From contig NIVC01000720.1 of the NCBI GenBank assembly GCA_002269645.1, positions 1 through 64,000 on the forward strand: a DNA stretch of 64,000 nt, given 5' to 3'. Every line of letters begins with the position of its first letter. Within the stretch, counting starts at the first letter, position 1. The notes beneath the pieces were generated by a model. It did no database searches. It was not told where the DNA came from and saw only the letters and a program-made list of their open reading frames with translations. Below are positions 37,508 through 48,243 of this stretch, piece after piece. Source of the DNA: Macrostomum lignano. Lineage: Eukaryota. The position numbers and the translations under genes were made by a program.

Positions 37508-40500
37508 TCACACCTGAGGCAGGTAATTCTCGATCCGTTCCAGCAGCGCGTCTGAGTAGCCGGGGCTGTAGTACTTGACAATCTCCTCCGGGTAGCAGTT
37601 ATTGATAGTGTTGATGTACTCCGCCAGAGCGCTGCCCGGCTCTGCACGGATCTCCTGAATCTTCTTCAGGCCGCCAGACGTCACGAACAGCCGGCGAGAT
37701 TTGGGATTGTGCGGCAGCACCTTGCTAAACTGGGCGACAACGTGCTTGAGGATGTTTGGCGGCGCCTCTTGCAGTAAAGGCTCCAAGGCCTCCAGATGCA
37801 CGCACTTCTGCAGTATGTGCTTCAGAGCCTTCTTCGACTGCGATAGGGCGATGGGGTGGTGGGTATTGGGGTGAGAGTTTAAAATAGTCAACTGGACCTG
37901 ATTGGCTGGTTCGAGGTCCTTTACCCTTTGTACCAGGGCAGGCAGGGAGGTGGGTGGGGAGAGCGGTGGTTCAATCAGGCGACTTGCACCAGGGCAGGAA
38001 GGGAGGTGGGTGGGGAGAGCGGCGGTTCAATCAGGCGACTTGCACCAGAGCAGGAAGAGAGGTGGGTGGGGAGAGCGGCGGTTCAATCAGGCGACTTGCA
38101 CCAGAGCAGGAAGAGAGGTGGGTGGGGAGAGCGGCGGTTCAATCAGGCGACTTGCACCAGAGCAGGAAGAGAGGTGGGTGGGGAGAGCGGCGGTTCAATC
38201 AGGCGACTTGCACCAGAGCAGGAAGAGAGGTGGGTGGGGAGAGCGGCGGTTCAATCAGGCGACTTGCACCAGGGCAGGAAGAATGGTGGTTGAGTGGTGG
38301 TCTAAAATACGCGGAGCCAAATTAGGACAATGGCTTTTGTCCAAAGAGAAACCAGCGCATGACTTGCTCCTCACCTTGATCTGCAGATCCTCGCTCACAT
38401 CCGGCCGCAGGTAGGCGCGCAGCAATTTCGGCAGAACGTTGGCCTGCGCCACGGACTTGGCGTGCTCGGGCGAGTGCCGGCCAATCTGGCCCAGAGACCA
38501 GGCCGCGGCGGCCTGGATATGGTCCTCTGGCTCCGTCTGGAGCACCGCGTCCAGCCCCAGGACGCCCTGAAGGATTGGGATGATTTGGATAATACTTGAA
38601 GTATCATACTACTTAGTTAAGGATAAAAACTCGCCGCGTTTTATTGTTCTCAAGGATCGGGTTCCCCCAGTACCCGACATTCCCAAGTTAGAGATAGAAT
38701 TTCCAATCGGATTACCCTAGTACTCAAGATTCTGCAGTGCCCAGGACTCACCCAGTAGCCTGGATTCTCCCACTCCCCAGCTATAGAGATCGGATTCTCC
38801 CCAGTCATAGAGATCGGATTCTCCCCAGTCATAGAGATCGGATTCTCCCCAGTCATAGAGATCGGATTCCCCCAGCTATAGAGATCGGATTCCCCCAGCT
38901 ATAGAGAATCGGATTCCCCCAGCTATAGAGATCGGATTCCCCCAGCCATAGAGATCTCTATGGCTGATCGGATTCCCCCAGCCATAGAGACCGGGTTCTC
39001 CCAGCCATAGAGATCGGATTCCCCCAGTCATATAGATCGGATTCTCCTCAGCCATAGAGATCGGATTCCCCCAGCCATAGAGACCGGATTCCCCAGCCAC
39101 TCACCCTGGACACGATGATGGCCATGGCGAGGTTCTCCGAGTGGGCGGCCACATAACCCAGCATCATGACGCCCGGCAGGCGGACGTTGCCGCGACTGTC
39201 GCCGACAAAGTCAACCATGGCGGCGACTCCACCGGCGTTGACGATAAGCTGCGACAGCTCCGGCGTGTGCTTGGCCACCTCCCGGATCAGCGTGGCACAG
39301 TTCTTGCGAACGTACTCGTCCGGGTCCTTCAGGCAGGTGAGCACGGCCGGGAAGATTTCCGCTTCAACGACCATTTCTGCCAGGTCGACCTGCGAATCAA
39401 AGTTCGGCTGCTATGATACGAGCTACAAATTCACTCATTATACGAGCGTAGTGCATGCGATAAGGGTTGAGAATTCGAGAACGAGGGATTGGAAGCTGTC
39501 TAAAATGATTGCTACTCATTGCGAATCTTATCTCAAATTCGCAAGAAAAGAAGATATCAAATTCCTCTGTTTCGAATTGTTAAGTAGAGCCTTAAGTTGA
39601 AATCCCATCTGTGTTAAAATCTTCAGACAGAGGGGCTTCATAATCACTCCAGATTCCTCACCGAGTGTTTGGCCATCTGGGCCAGCGCTGAGAACACCTG
39701 GCGTTTCAGCTTAGCATCCGGGTTGAGCACCATCTGGGCCAGGTGGGCGATGGCGCCAGCGTCCACCACGGTCTGGGCGAGCTCTGGCGAGTGCTTGCTG
39801 ATGTCCGATAGGGCGGAAGCGGCGATGCGCTTCAGGCTGAGGTCCGGTTCTTGGACGCAGAGCACCAGCAGGGGGACAGCACCAGCATCCACCACGGACT
39901 GCGCCAGCTCGGCGCTGTGCCTGGCGATGTAGCCGAGAGCCCAGGCGGCGCTCTCCTTCACGCCAGGGTCGAACTCCTCCAGGCAGATGACCAGGGCGTC
40001 CAGGGCGCCGCAGTCCACAACGGCCTGGGCGAGCTCGGGCGAGTGCTTGGCCACGGCGCGGAGGACGAAGGCGGCTGCTTTTTTGTAGAAGCGCTGCAAT
40101 AATTATAGGGGGAGTCGTGGCCGCGATGACTGATATGAATATGCCTCACTGATAGGAGGTCGGGAGTAGCTGTCCTGTCCAACGAGGCGACTTGGACCAG
40201 GGTCCCTGGGAGGTGGGTGGGGAGAGCAGCGGTCACCAGAGCAGGGAGGGACGTGGGTGGGGAGAGCGGCGATCCAATCAGGCGACTTGCACCGGGGCAG
40301 GGAGGGACGTGGGTGGAGAGAGCGGCGGTCCAATCAGGCGACTTGCACCGGGGCAGGGAGGGACGTGGGTGGAGAGAGCGGCGGTCCAATCAGGCGACTT
40401 GCACCGGGGCAGGGAGGGACATGGGTGGAGAGAGCGGCGGTCCAATCAGGCGACTTGCACCGGGGCAGGGAGGGACATGGGTGGAGAGAGCGGCGGTCCA

Positions 40501-41592
40501 ATCAGGCGACTTGCACCGGGGCAGGGAGGGACATGGGTGGAGAGAGCGGCGGTCCAATCAGGCGACTTGCACCGGGGCAGGGAGGGACGTGGGTGGAGAG
40601 AGCGGCGGTTCAGCACCAGGGCAAATAAATGAGCAGGAGTAAATGGAATAAGTTAAAACTGATCGCTCGTCTCACATTCTGCTCAGCAAGCGAGTAGACC
40701 AGCTGCGGCAGGATGTCACCCTTTACGACAGCTTCGGCCAATTCGTCATTGTAGTTAGCCAGGCGGCCCAGTGCTAGGGCGGCAGTCTGCTGGATGGTTG
40801 GCACAATGTCCAACAGCAGCGGTCGCAGCAGGGACATGACGCCGGCGTTCTGCAGAGTCTCGATGTTCTGCGGCCGGGTGGCCAGCTCCGCCACCGTCTG
40901 CACGAACTGAGTGCGGGCCTTCTGGTATTGCTCGAACACTGAGCAGAAATAAGAGGATGATTTCAGAAGCGTAAAATCCGCTTCGTGATTTTCATGACTT
41001 GTTTTTTACAAACATCTGGATATTTTACTTATTAAGCTTGCAGTGCAGTAACTATATAGTTTTAATTATGGGAAATTTAAGGATTTTCAAAGCGTTTCGT
41101 TTCTTGTTTAAAAAAAGATGGACACATACTCTACAGATACTTAAAATCAAAGACTAAGAGTGTAATTTATCAACACACATCATTTTACAAAATTAAATTG
41201 TATCATTTTTACTTCTATAATATTCTGTTTGACAAAAATGCAAGTGGATTTAATTGGGATGAGTCAAAGTATCAAAGTAGCAATAATCATTAGAATGCAG
41301 TATGTAAAAGTAAAGATGTAGTCTATATGACAGAGTTTAAAGCTGTTTTTTGTTTTTGGCTATATTACTATTTATGAAATGTGAGGATTAAAGTTAAGCA
41401 GTGCATTTTATTATTAAGGGCTACTAGCACTGGGCTTGTATTTATTTTTATTGTACTAAAGTTATTTTTAAATTCTACTTAGCATTTATTTTATAACATT
41501 ACATTGTCATTACAGACCAGAAAACTGAGAACAGAGAAAAATATCTCAATTTTGCTACATAACTTACCTTGTAAGACTTGGCGCTGGCTCAT
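37508..41592 (-). CDS. SPAG6: Sperm-associated antigen 6 / PF16 (armadillo-repeat axonemal central-pair protein), 508 aa
   Basis: Exons 41592-41568, 40938-40676, 40093-39662, 39389-39105, 38566-38375 and 37837-37508 total 1527 nt and stay in frame. MSQRQVLQVFEQYQKARTQFVQTVAELATRPQNIETLQNAGV and YPEEIVKYYSPGYS are characteristic. Confidence 0.97.
37925..38280. repeat. 56-bp minisatellite in SPAG6 intron 5
   Basis: Unit gagagcggcggttcaatcaggcgacttgcaccagagcaggaagagaggtgggtggg, about 6 copies. Confidence 0.95.
38765..39095. repeat. ~23-bp repeat (ggattcccccagctatagagatc) in SPAG6 intron 4
   Basis: About 13 degenerate copies. Confidence 0.9.
40190..40620. repeat. 56-bp minisatellite in SPAG6 intron 2, same family as the one in intron 5
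   Basis: Unit gagagcggcggtccaatcaggcgacttgcaccggggcagggagggacgtgggtgga, about 7 copies. Confidence 0.95.
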
Positions 41593-42237
41593 TTTGCTCA
41601 AGTTTTCGTAAAACTTTCAACAAGTTGTCAATAAATTTATCAGTATATTTCAAGAACGGAGCGCGTTACGAAATTACGATTTTTGATCGAATAAAATTCA
41701 CAATAATATAAAGAGCAGGCTAATCGCGTGACAAACTCAGTTTAAACATGGGACTTAACACTCAACCATGGAAGCAAATATCTCGATGCAAATTGATTAA
41801 ATAGCGGCTTTTAAAATTAAATTTATTTTTTAAGTATGCAAAAATATACAGTTATCAGCATCTGATAATACATTTTGAAGAAATAATCGTATATTTGTTT
41901 TAATATACTTTCCTTAAGCTCGGAAACTTCAAACTTTGTTGTGAGATGCATGGTGGGAACAATAGTGAGTGTATTTCGTAATTTAGGAAAAAACAAATGG
42001 CTTACTTTTATCAACTAGGAATATAAAGTTCACATATTAGCTACCACGAAAATTATCAGCATCATTCATTCGGCCGGATTCTGGCCGATGGACGCGTTTT
42101 TCGTTACCCTCTAATTGTTCATGACATGTACGCTTACATGTACATTTCAGTGGCTAATGTACATTATGGCTGAACAAATTTAACTTGTTTACATCTGCAA
42201 GTTAATTTAAAACTAATAAGATTTGGAAGGCGTACAC

Positions 42238-43256
42238 TATACCTTTTCAACTTCGGATTCGTCAAAAGTGCAAGTTCAAATTCGTCAGCGTATGCAAAAC
42301 TATAGCGCTCAAGGGAAAGAGAATGAGTGTCAATGTTAAATTTTTAGAGAAAGTGACTTCGAATTCGTCTAAGTAAGTGAAATTCGTCAGTGCAAATACA
42401 GCCTGATCAGAAAAAGTGTTTGCTTTGTCCATGGCAAGAAAAGAAGGTGTCTATGGTAAATTTAAGTAAGAAAGTGAGTGAATTTGATTTTTGTCAGAGA
42501 TGCCCTACATGACAACAAACAGCCAATGTAACGCACAAAGTCCCGTCAAGCCGACGACTGATTGCCTGGGTTGTCACAGCAGGAGCAGCAGGAAAATCTG
42601 CAACAAGCTTTTGCTGCATTTCTTTGAGGGTCACAGTCGGCTTCTCTTCCACATACCTCGCCAACGCCCCGAGCATCTCCTCAGAAAGCTTTGGTCTCAC
42701 TGCACCTCCATGCGCGTTAAGATCAATCCTACCCTCATCAACATATCTCCTGATGATGTCACTAGCAGTTGTCATCTTGATATCCAGTTCAATTGCGAGT
42801 TGTCTCCAGTCTCGTCCTTGTTGAAAACATCGCACGAGTCTAGAGCGATCAAAGAGTACTAGGCGACCTCAATTTTGAGGTTGAGTACTAGGCGACCTCA
42901 ATACTCTTTGAGAGCGATCCACAGACGAAATTCTCATGTAGGGCATCTCTGACAACAATCAAAGCATGAAATGAAGATTTCAGGAAATTGAGCTACTTTT
43001 CCACAGACGAAATTCACTCACTTTCTTACTTAAATTTACCATAGACACCTTCTTTTCTTGCCATGGACAAAGCAAACACTTTTTCTGATCAGGCTGTATT
43101 TGCACTGACGAATTTCACTTAGACAAATTCGAAGTCACTTTCTATGGCGAAAATTTACCATAGACACTCATTCTCTTCCCCTTGAGCGCTATATAGTTTT
43201 GCATACGCTGACAAATTCGAACTCACTTTTGACGAATCCGAAGTTTAAAAGGTTTA
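42238..43256 (-). mobile_element. Non-autonomous IS630/Tc1-like element with ~270-bp TIRs; HTH region only
   Basis: Arms 42241-42510 and ~42935-43253 are reverse complements with indels, and the left terminus reads TATACCTTTT. The internal ORF (RDWRQLAIELDIKMTTASDIIRRY...GGAVRPKLSEE...YVEEKPTVTLKEMQQKL) is a typical Tc1/IS630 DNA-binding region. Confidence 0.85.
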
Positions 43257-44222
43257 TCAAGGTTTTGAATTCCAAACTAAAGTGTGTCAATCCTAGGGTC
43301 CTTCGCGGTTTTCTTTTAAAAGGTCTAACTGCTGACATAAATTAGTTGTGCAGATAGCGGTGACTTTATGCACAAGACTATATTACCCTCTGAGCATAAG
43401 GATCTTAGAATAAGTCTGAGTTTGCAATCTGGCCTTGCACAGCCTGTCTTTAAATCTGCACTGTATCGCCACCGATGGAGTGTGCGAGCTGCAAGAATAT
43501 ATGGTCTGTGCTCGATACACTGAAGGCGCTAAAGCGAACGGGCTGCTCAAGACGGTGAATCCTTTGAAGCCTAATAGTCCCGATGAGGCTTTCCCTAGAG
43601 ATGTTCGAGATTTTATAGACGCTACACATGTTAGCAAGCCCTATCCCTCTGGCTGAAGCCAGCTCACTGTCTCAGAAGACCGTAGAATTGCTTCTTAGTT
43701 TTCTCTCCAATCTGAGAAGCTCTCATGCAGAGATCTCCCGGTGGAAGAGCCCAAACTATTCAGGCTGCACCGACTCCAGACTTCAAGGTGAGGGCTTCAA
43801 CAGCTCTGCCGACGATGAAATCTGTAATTCGAATTCCGCTTGCTTGCGGAAGTACTAGGGAAATAGCAATAAAAGTCGTGAGTTTAATGAAGCCTGCAGC
43901 GGTGTTAAATAAATAGGAATTTGTCATTGTAATGCGAAAATACGAATGTGTTAATAATTGGTAAGAAATAATTAAATTGAGAGTGAAACCACGTTTATAT
44001 TTACACTCGTATCATAGTTTTTGGCATGGAACTTTCTTGAATCCTGAAATAATTTTTTTATCGTTTTCTGCTTTTATAATGGTTACATCCAAGCAAGCGG
44101 ATTAGTCTCAACTATACTATGCTATCCTAGTCTGTCACTCCGTTGTTTGTAAATCAATCAGACTGTCACCCTAGTCTGTCACTCACTAGTGAAAAGCATT
44201 ACAATATTCAGTAGAAACGTTA

Positions 44223-45344
44223 TCAATAGCCGCCGCAGTCTCCGCCACCGATTCGGCAAGAGGCCCTGGACCCGTCGGGGTTTCTGCACTTGAAATTCGA
44301 GCTGCTGCAGCTCACAACCGAGCCGCCGCAGGTCCAGAAGCCCTTGTACTTGCAGCGGCAGGCCTTGAACGGCGGAGCGGGAGAGGAGATGGTGCAGCCG
44401 CCCTTGTGATAGTCGCAGTCGCAGTTGTTCGGCGAGCTCACGTCCGCCCTAGCGATCGGGATGGCGTCTCCAGGCCGGGCCAGTCGGAGTCCGAGTTTTC
44501 CCGCCAGCTTCTTGAGCAGTCCAGGCCGGTTGGTGATGATGCCGTGCACTCCCAGGTTGATGTAGGACTTCATGGAGGACTCTTTGTCCAGCGTCCAGAT
44601 GTAGGTCAGGCCGATCTGGCCGCTGCGAACGCCGGCCACGGCCTGCCTGATGCCGCTGTAGTAGGTGCCGGGCGCGCAGGCGCTGATTCCGGTGCCGAAT
44701 GCGCGCTTCCGGGTGAACCTGGACAGCATGGCGGCCACGGAGCTGTACTTATCGGCCTCCTGGTCGAAGGCGAAGTAGTAGCGGTCTTTGTTGCGGAATC
44801 CGCTGGCAGTCCTGGCCGCCGCGTAGACGTACTCGAAGCAGTTGATCTTGCCGGCCGAGATGACGACCTTGCCGCGGTAGCCGTTACCGAAGAGCTCGCG
44901 CTCCACGAGCCTGGCGATGTTGGCGCCAGCAGTGGCGAGTCTGTCGCCCCACTTTGGGTCCACCTTGCCGTCCAGGATGATGAGAGCGAGTCCAGGCAGC
45001 CTCGCCATGTGGCGCAGGTGGCTGGAGGCGCTAGCACTGGCGCCTCTGCCTGAGCAGCCCCTGAGCGAGTGGCTGCAGATGTGGTAGCTGCCGGGGTGTG
45101 GGCAGCTGCAGTCGCAGAATCCACGGTGCTCGAACTCAGTCGGGTTGCCATATCCGTCGTACTGGATGTCTGCCTCGACTGCGTTGGCGCCCTCGCGCAT
45201 TGCCCAGTCGAGCGAGTGCGGACTGTTGGTCATGTGGGCGATGATGTAGAAGGGATCTCTGGTCTGGGCGGAGTCGAGTGGCTTGGCCAGCAGCAGCAGC
45301 AGCATCGCTGCAGTGCAGATATTCAGTACTCGGAGGCCTGACAT
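44223..45344 (-). CDS. Secreted sphingomyelinase D / phospholipase D toxin-like protein (GDPD-like barrel) with a 10-Cys C-terminal domain, 373 aa, intronless
   Basis: Signal peptide; catalytic-type motifs [19 protein letters not shown] and TYIWTLD match the H/E-x-D/H/D-x-K/Y-x-W-x-x-D positions of sicariid-type SMase D. C-terminal [10 protein letters not shown]...ACRC...WTC...GGGDCGGY. Confidence 0.88.
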   Translation of the reverse strand: MSGLRVLNICTAAMLLLLLAKPLDSAQTRDPFYIIAHMTNSPHSLDWAMREGANAVEADIQYDGYGNPTEFEHRGFCDCSCPHPGSYHICSHSLRGCSGRGASASASSHLRHMARLPGLALIILDGKVDPKWGDRLATAGANIARLVERELFGNGYRGKVVISAGKINCFEYVYAAARTASGFRNKDRYYFAFDQEADKYSSVAAMLSRFTRKRAFGTGISACAPGTYYSGIRQAVAGVRSGQIGLTYIWTLDKESSMKSYINLGVHGIITNRPGLLKKLAGKLGLRLARPGDAIPIARADVSSPNNCDCDYHKGGCTISSPAPPFKACRCKYKGFWTCGGSVVSCSSSNFKCRNPDGSRASCRIGGGDCGGY

Positions 45345-45763
45345 CGCAGAAGGCTCTGGTGAAAATGGCTCTGTGCCCTGACTGGCTGTTACGAGTAGTT
45401 TAGCAGTTTCCTATTTATGTTTTTGTGAATGCCGCAGGAGCTGAGGGAGACCCACAATAAACATTTCACGTGTCGATTGCAAGGGCGGGTGGCGTATGTG
45501 TACCTGAGATGATACATGAGACGTACGTGAGATGAAAGGTCACATTTGTTTAACACACGTGTCGGTGGGGAGCGACAGTAATTCTTTTTAAAGAAACGAT
45601 GCCACGCAGTCTCGGTTTTTATGCGTCTCTGGCAGCTTCAATGGAGTGTTTTTTTATAGTAAGACTCGCTCTAGCTGTAAACAGACGGTGAGTAGTGCCT
45701 TTGATAAGAGAGTAGAACTCGGCTATTTCCAAATTTGCAAGTTACATTTAATGGTAGATTGTA

Positions 45764-45869
45764 TAGTATGCAACTTCGTTGAATAATGGCCATAGACACT
45801 CGTGCGCGTAGTGTAGCGTAGCGTAGCGCACGAGTGTCTATGGCCATTATTCAACGAAGTTGCATACTA
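45764..45869. repeat. Perfect 43-bp inverted repeat with 20-nt loop (palindromic mini-MITE)
   Basis: tagtatgcaacttcgttgaataatggccatagacactcgtgcg (45764-45806) and its exact reverse complement (45827-45869); the terminal TA may be a TSD. Confidence 0.95.
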
Positions 45870-46009
45870 CACAAGTGCATTGTATTTATACTTTCACTCA
45901 GCGCTCAGTCATTATTCCACACTTTTGCGGCCATTATTCCACACTTTTGTCGCTGTCATTATTCCACACTTTTTATCATGCTTCAATTGGCTGTTTTAAG
46001 TTGTTTTAC

Positions 46010-46782
46010 CCATAGACGACTGAGTTGTGTGGCTTAGTTTGACCATAGACAACACTGTGATGAGTGCTGATTTTGCTTGCGTCTTGCAAGAAATCAGGAA
46101 AGCGAGTAGTGGGAGAAAAAGCTATTTGTCTGGTCAAACAACTATGGCTATAGTGCATCTCGTCAAACAGCCGCGCTTATTAATTGGAAAAATCTTCCTG
46201 TCGACGACTGAACGAACCGTGCGGCGCTACCTAGGAAGAAAACGCGACCATGCAGTCTTCAACGCCTCGACGGCTATAAACGATGCCTGAAAGCGGCCAA
46301 TCGATTCAGTCGAGCAGCCGACAGTCCCAAAGAATTCCAGCTTGGATACTGCGGTACCAAAGAAGCTCATCAGACGAAGCTCATCAGTCGCATGCCAACT
46401 TAACCAAGTCGTGCATCTTTCAAATGGTAAGTTCGGCAACTATACTTGAGCACCTGTATTTCTCTTTCATAGAAAACATTCAACATAGACCAACTCCTTT
46501 TGCAGTGCCAAATCATCAGGCTAAAGTGTCGAGCATCTTTGGAAACTGCGGCTTTGAGAACTGTGCATGTTTCACGTTGGGTGACAAATTGATTTTTACA
46601 TTGTCAAATTTCGACCACAAACTGATGAACTGCACTAGCTGTGACATTTATTATTAACTCTTTTCGTGTAGCTGGTACTTTAGTTTTAATGATTTTTCCT
46701 TTTTGTTCATTTACTTCTTGTTGTTCTGTATTTATTAACAAAAATACTGAGCGATGGATTTTTTCAATCCAAATGTCTATGG
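46010..46782. mobile_element. Dispersed repeat, copy B (inverted homolog of 10428-11019, with extra internal sequence)
   Basis: Shares the blocks listed for copy A; CCATAGAC at 46010 and 46043, GTCTATGG at 46775. Confidence 0.75.
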
Positions 46783-46814
46783 TACACATCAAAACTGTGG
46801 AATAATGGCCAAAA

Positions 46815-47246
46815 TATACTTTTTTTGCAATCAATTTTGTCGTTTTTGCGTTCAATTTCGGCGCGAGCGCTAGTGTGCAGTCCAAACAACTGAGCCATAG
46901 ACACTGGGCAACTTAAATTGCGTTTGAATTCGGCATTTTTGCGTCCTATTTCGGCAGCGCAATCACATGGGCCGCACTGTGGGCACAGTTAGAATGTTTT
47001 TGCCACAGACACTTTCTCACTCGATCGCATTCAGTGAGGGTGGGAAGAAAAATTTGTCTCCTAAAGCAGGCCTATAGTCGTCTCCGCAAGTATGTTTGAT
47101 GCCGTAAGCTGCCGAAATAGGACGCAAAAAGGCCGAATTCAAACGCAAAAGTTGCCCAGTGTCTATGGCTCAGTTGTTTGGACTGCACACTAGCGCTCGC
47201 GCCGAAATTGAACGCAAAAACGACGAAATTGATTGCAAAAATGTAT
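46815..47246. mobile_element. ~430-bp MITE with ~150-bp near-perfect TIRs
   Basis: Arms ~46820-46965 and ~47105-47243. The left terminus TATACTTTTT resembles the termini of the 42238 and 58563 elements. Confidence 0.85.
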
Positions 47247-48243
47247 GTTTTTTCATTGCGTCTGGGTCAAAGTATAATTACAATGTTAACCCTAGACTTT
47301 GCGTCTTGAATAATTTGAATAAAAGTGACTAAACATTTTGGCAAGCCAATACCATGGACGAGGAGGAAATTCCAAAGTCACAATTAGCGTGCATGCTAGG
47401 CTGTAGTATTGTACAATAAACATAGATACAAGCTTCAGCCAGTAAGAACTTAGGAGGGAACTATTATTAAATTCCATCAGCCAATGAAATTCATGGCGGG
47501 AATATCCCAATTTTTAGTAGGTTTTGGCCATAGACTCGCTTTTAGATGAGCGATCCTTTCTATTTCTTCATCCTTGGCCAATACACAAAGCATTAGCCAT
47601 CCGGCAATATGTCTATGGCCAACTGTTGCCAGAATCAGCCAAGGCGGTCATCTGAACGGCAAACTGTAACAAACGAACGAGAAAAGCAAGATAAAAACAT
47701 AAAGCACTCACTGTTACTGCTTCTGTGATCCTAAATTTCACTTTTGAAGTCACCGAAAAAACTATTGGGAGGGATGAGGAGCGATTGGGAAGGGCGGAGG
47801 GCGAAGATTGAATGGATTGAAGCTTCCACCTGGTTTTCATTGTTTTTTAATGCATTTTTTAATATCAAATTAGAATAAAAATTAGCATAAAACCCTAATT
47901 TTCTGAATGAAAAACTTCAAGCTGTGAAGTGTGAATCACATTATATTGTGCGATATTTTGCAATTTTCTTGCAACTTTGAAACAGTACACGCGAGTACAT
48001 GTACATTTAATCTCTATGTACATTGCACAACAACCTCAGTGGAATCAATAAAGCTATAATTACGCCAACCCTCCACTCAATAAATATCTGACTTAAATAT
48101 AGCTAGCTTACTGCCAAGGTGCAAAAGGGTCAATTTCTCACTTTTATGTCTGCCATGATCAAATAATTAGTTCATACGCACCAAGACAATTATAGCACTT
48201 TTAGTTGTTAATAACTGTGACCTTTATTTTAACATATTAATAG

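Noticed and set aside
41593-41800. RFX X-box upstream of the ciliary gene SPAG6
   Set aside because: Only partial matches were found; no convincing GTNRCC-N-RGYAAC site.
43383-43916. Short overlapping ORFs between the Tc1-like element and SMase D
   Set aside because: Moderately coding-like, but fragmented and with no recognisable domain.
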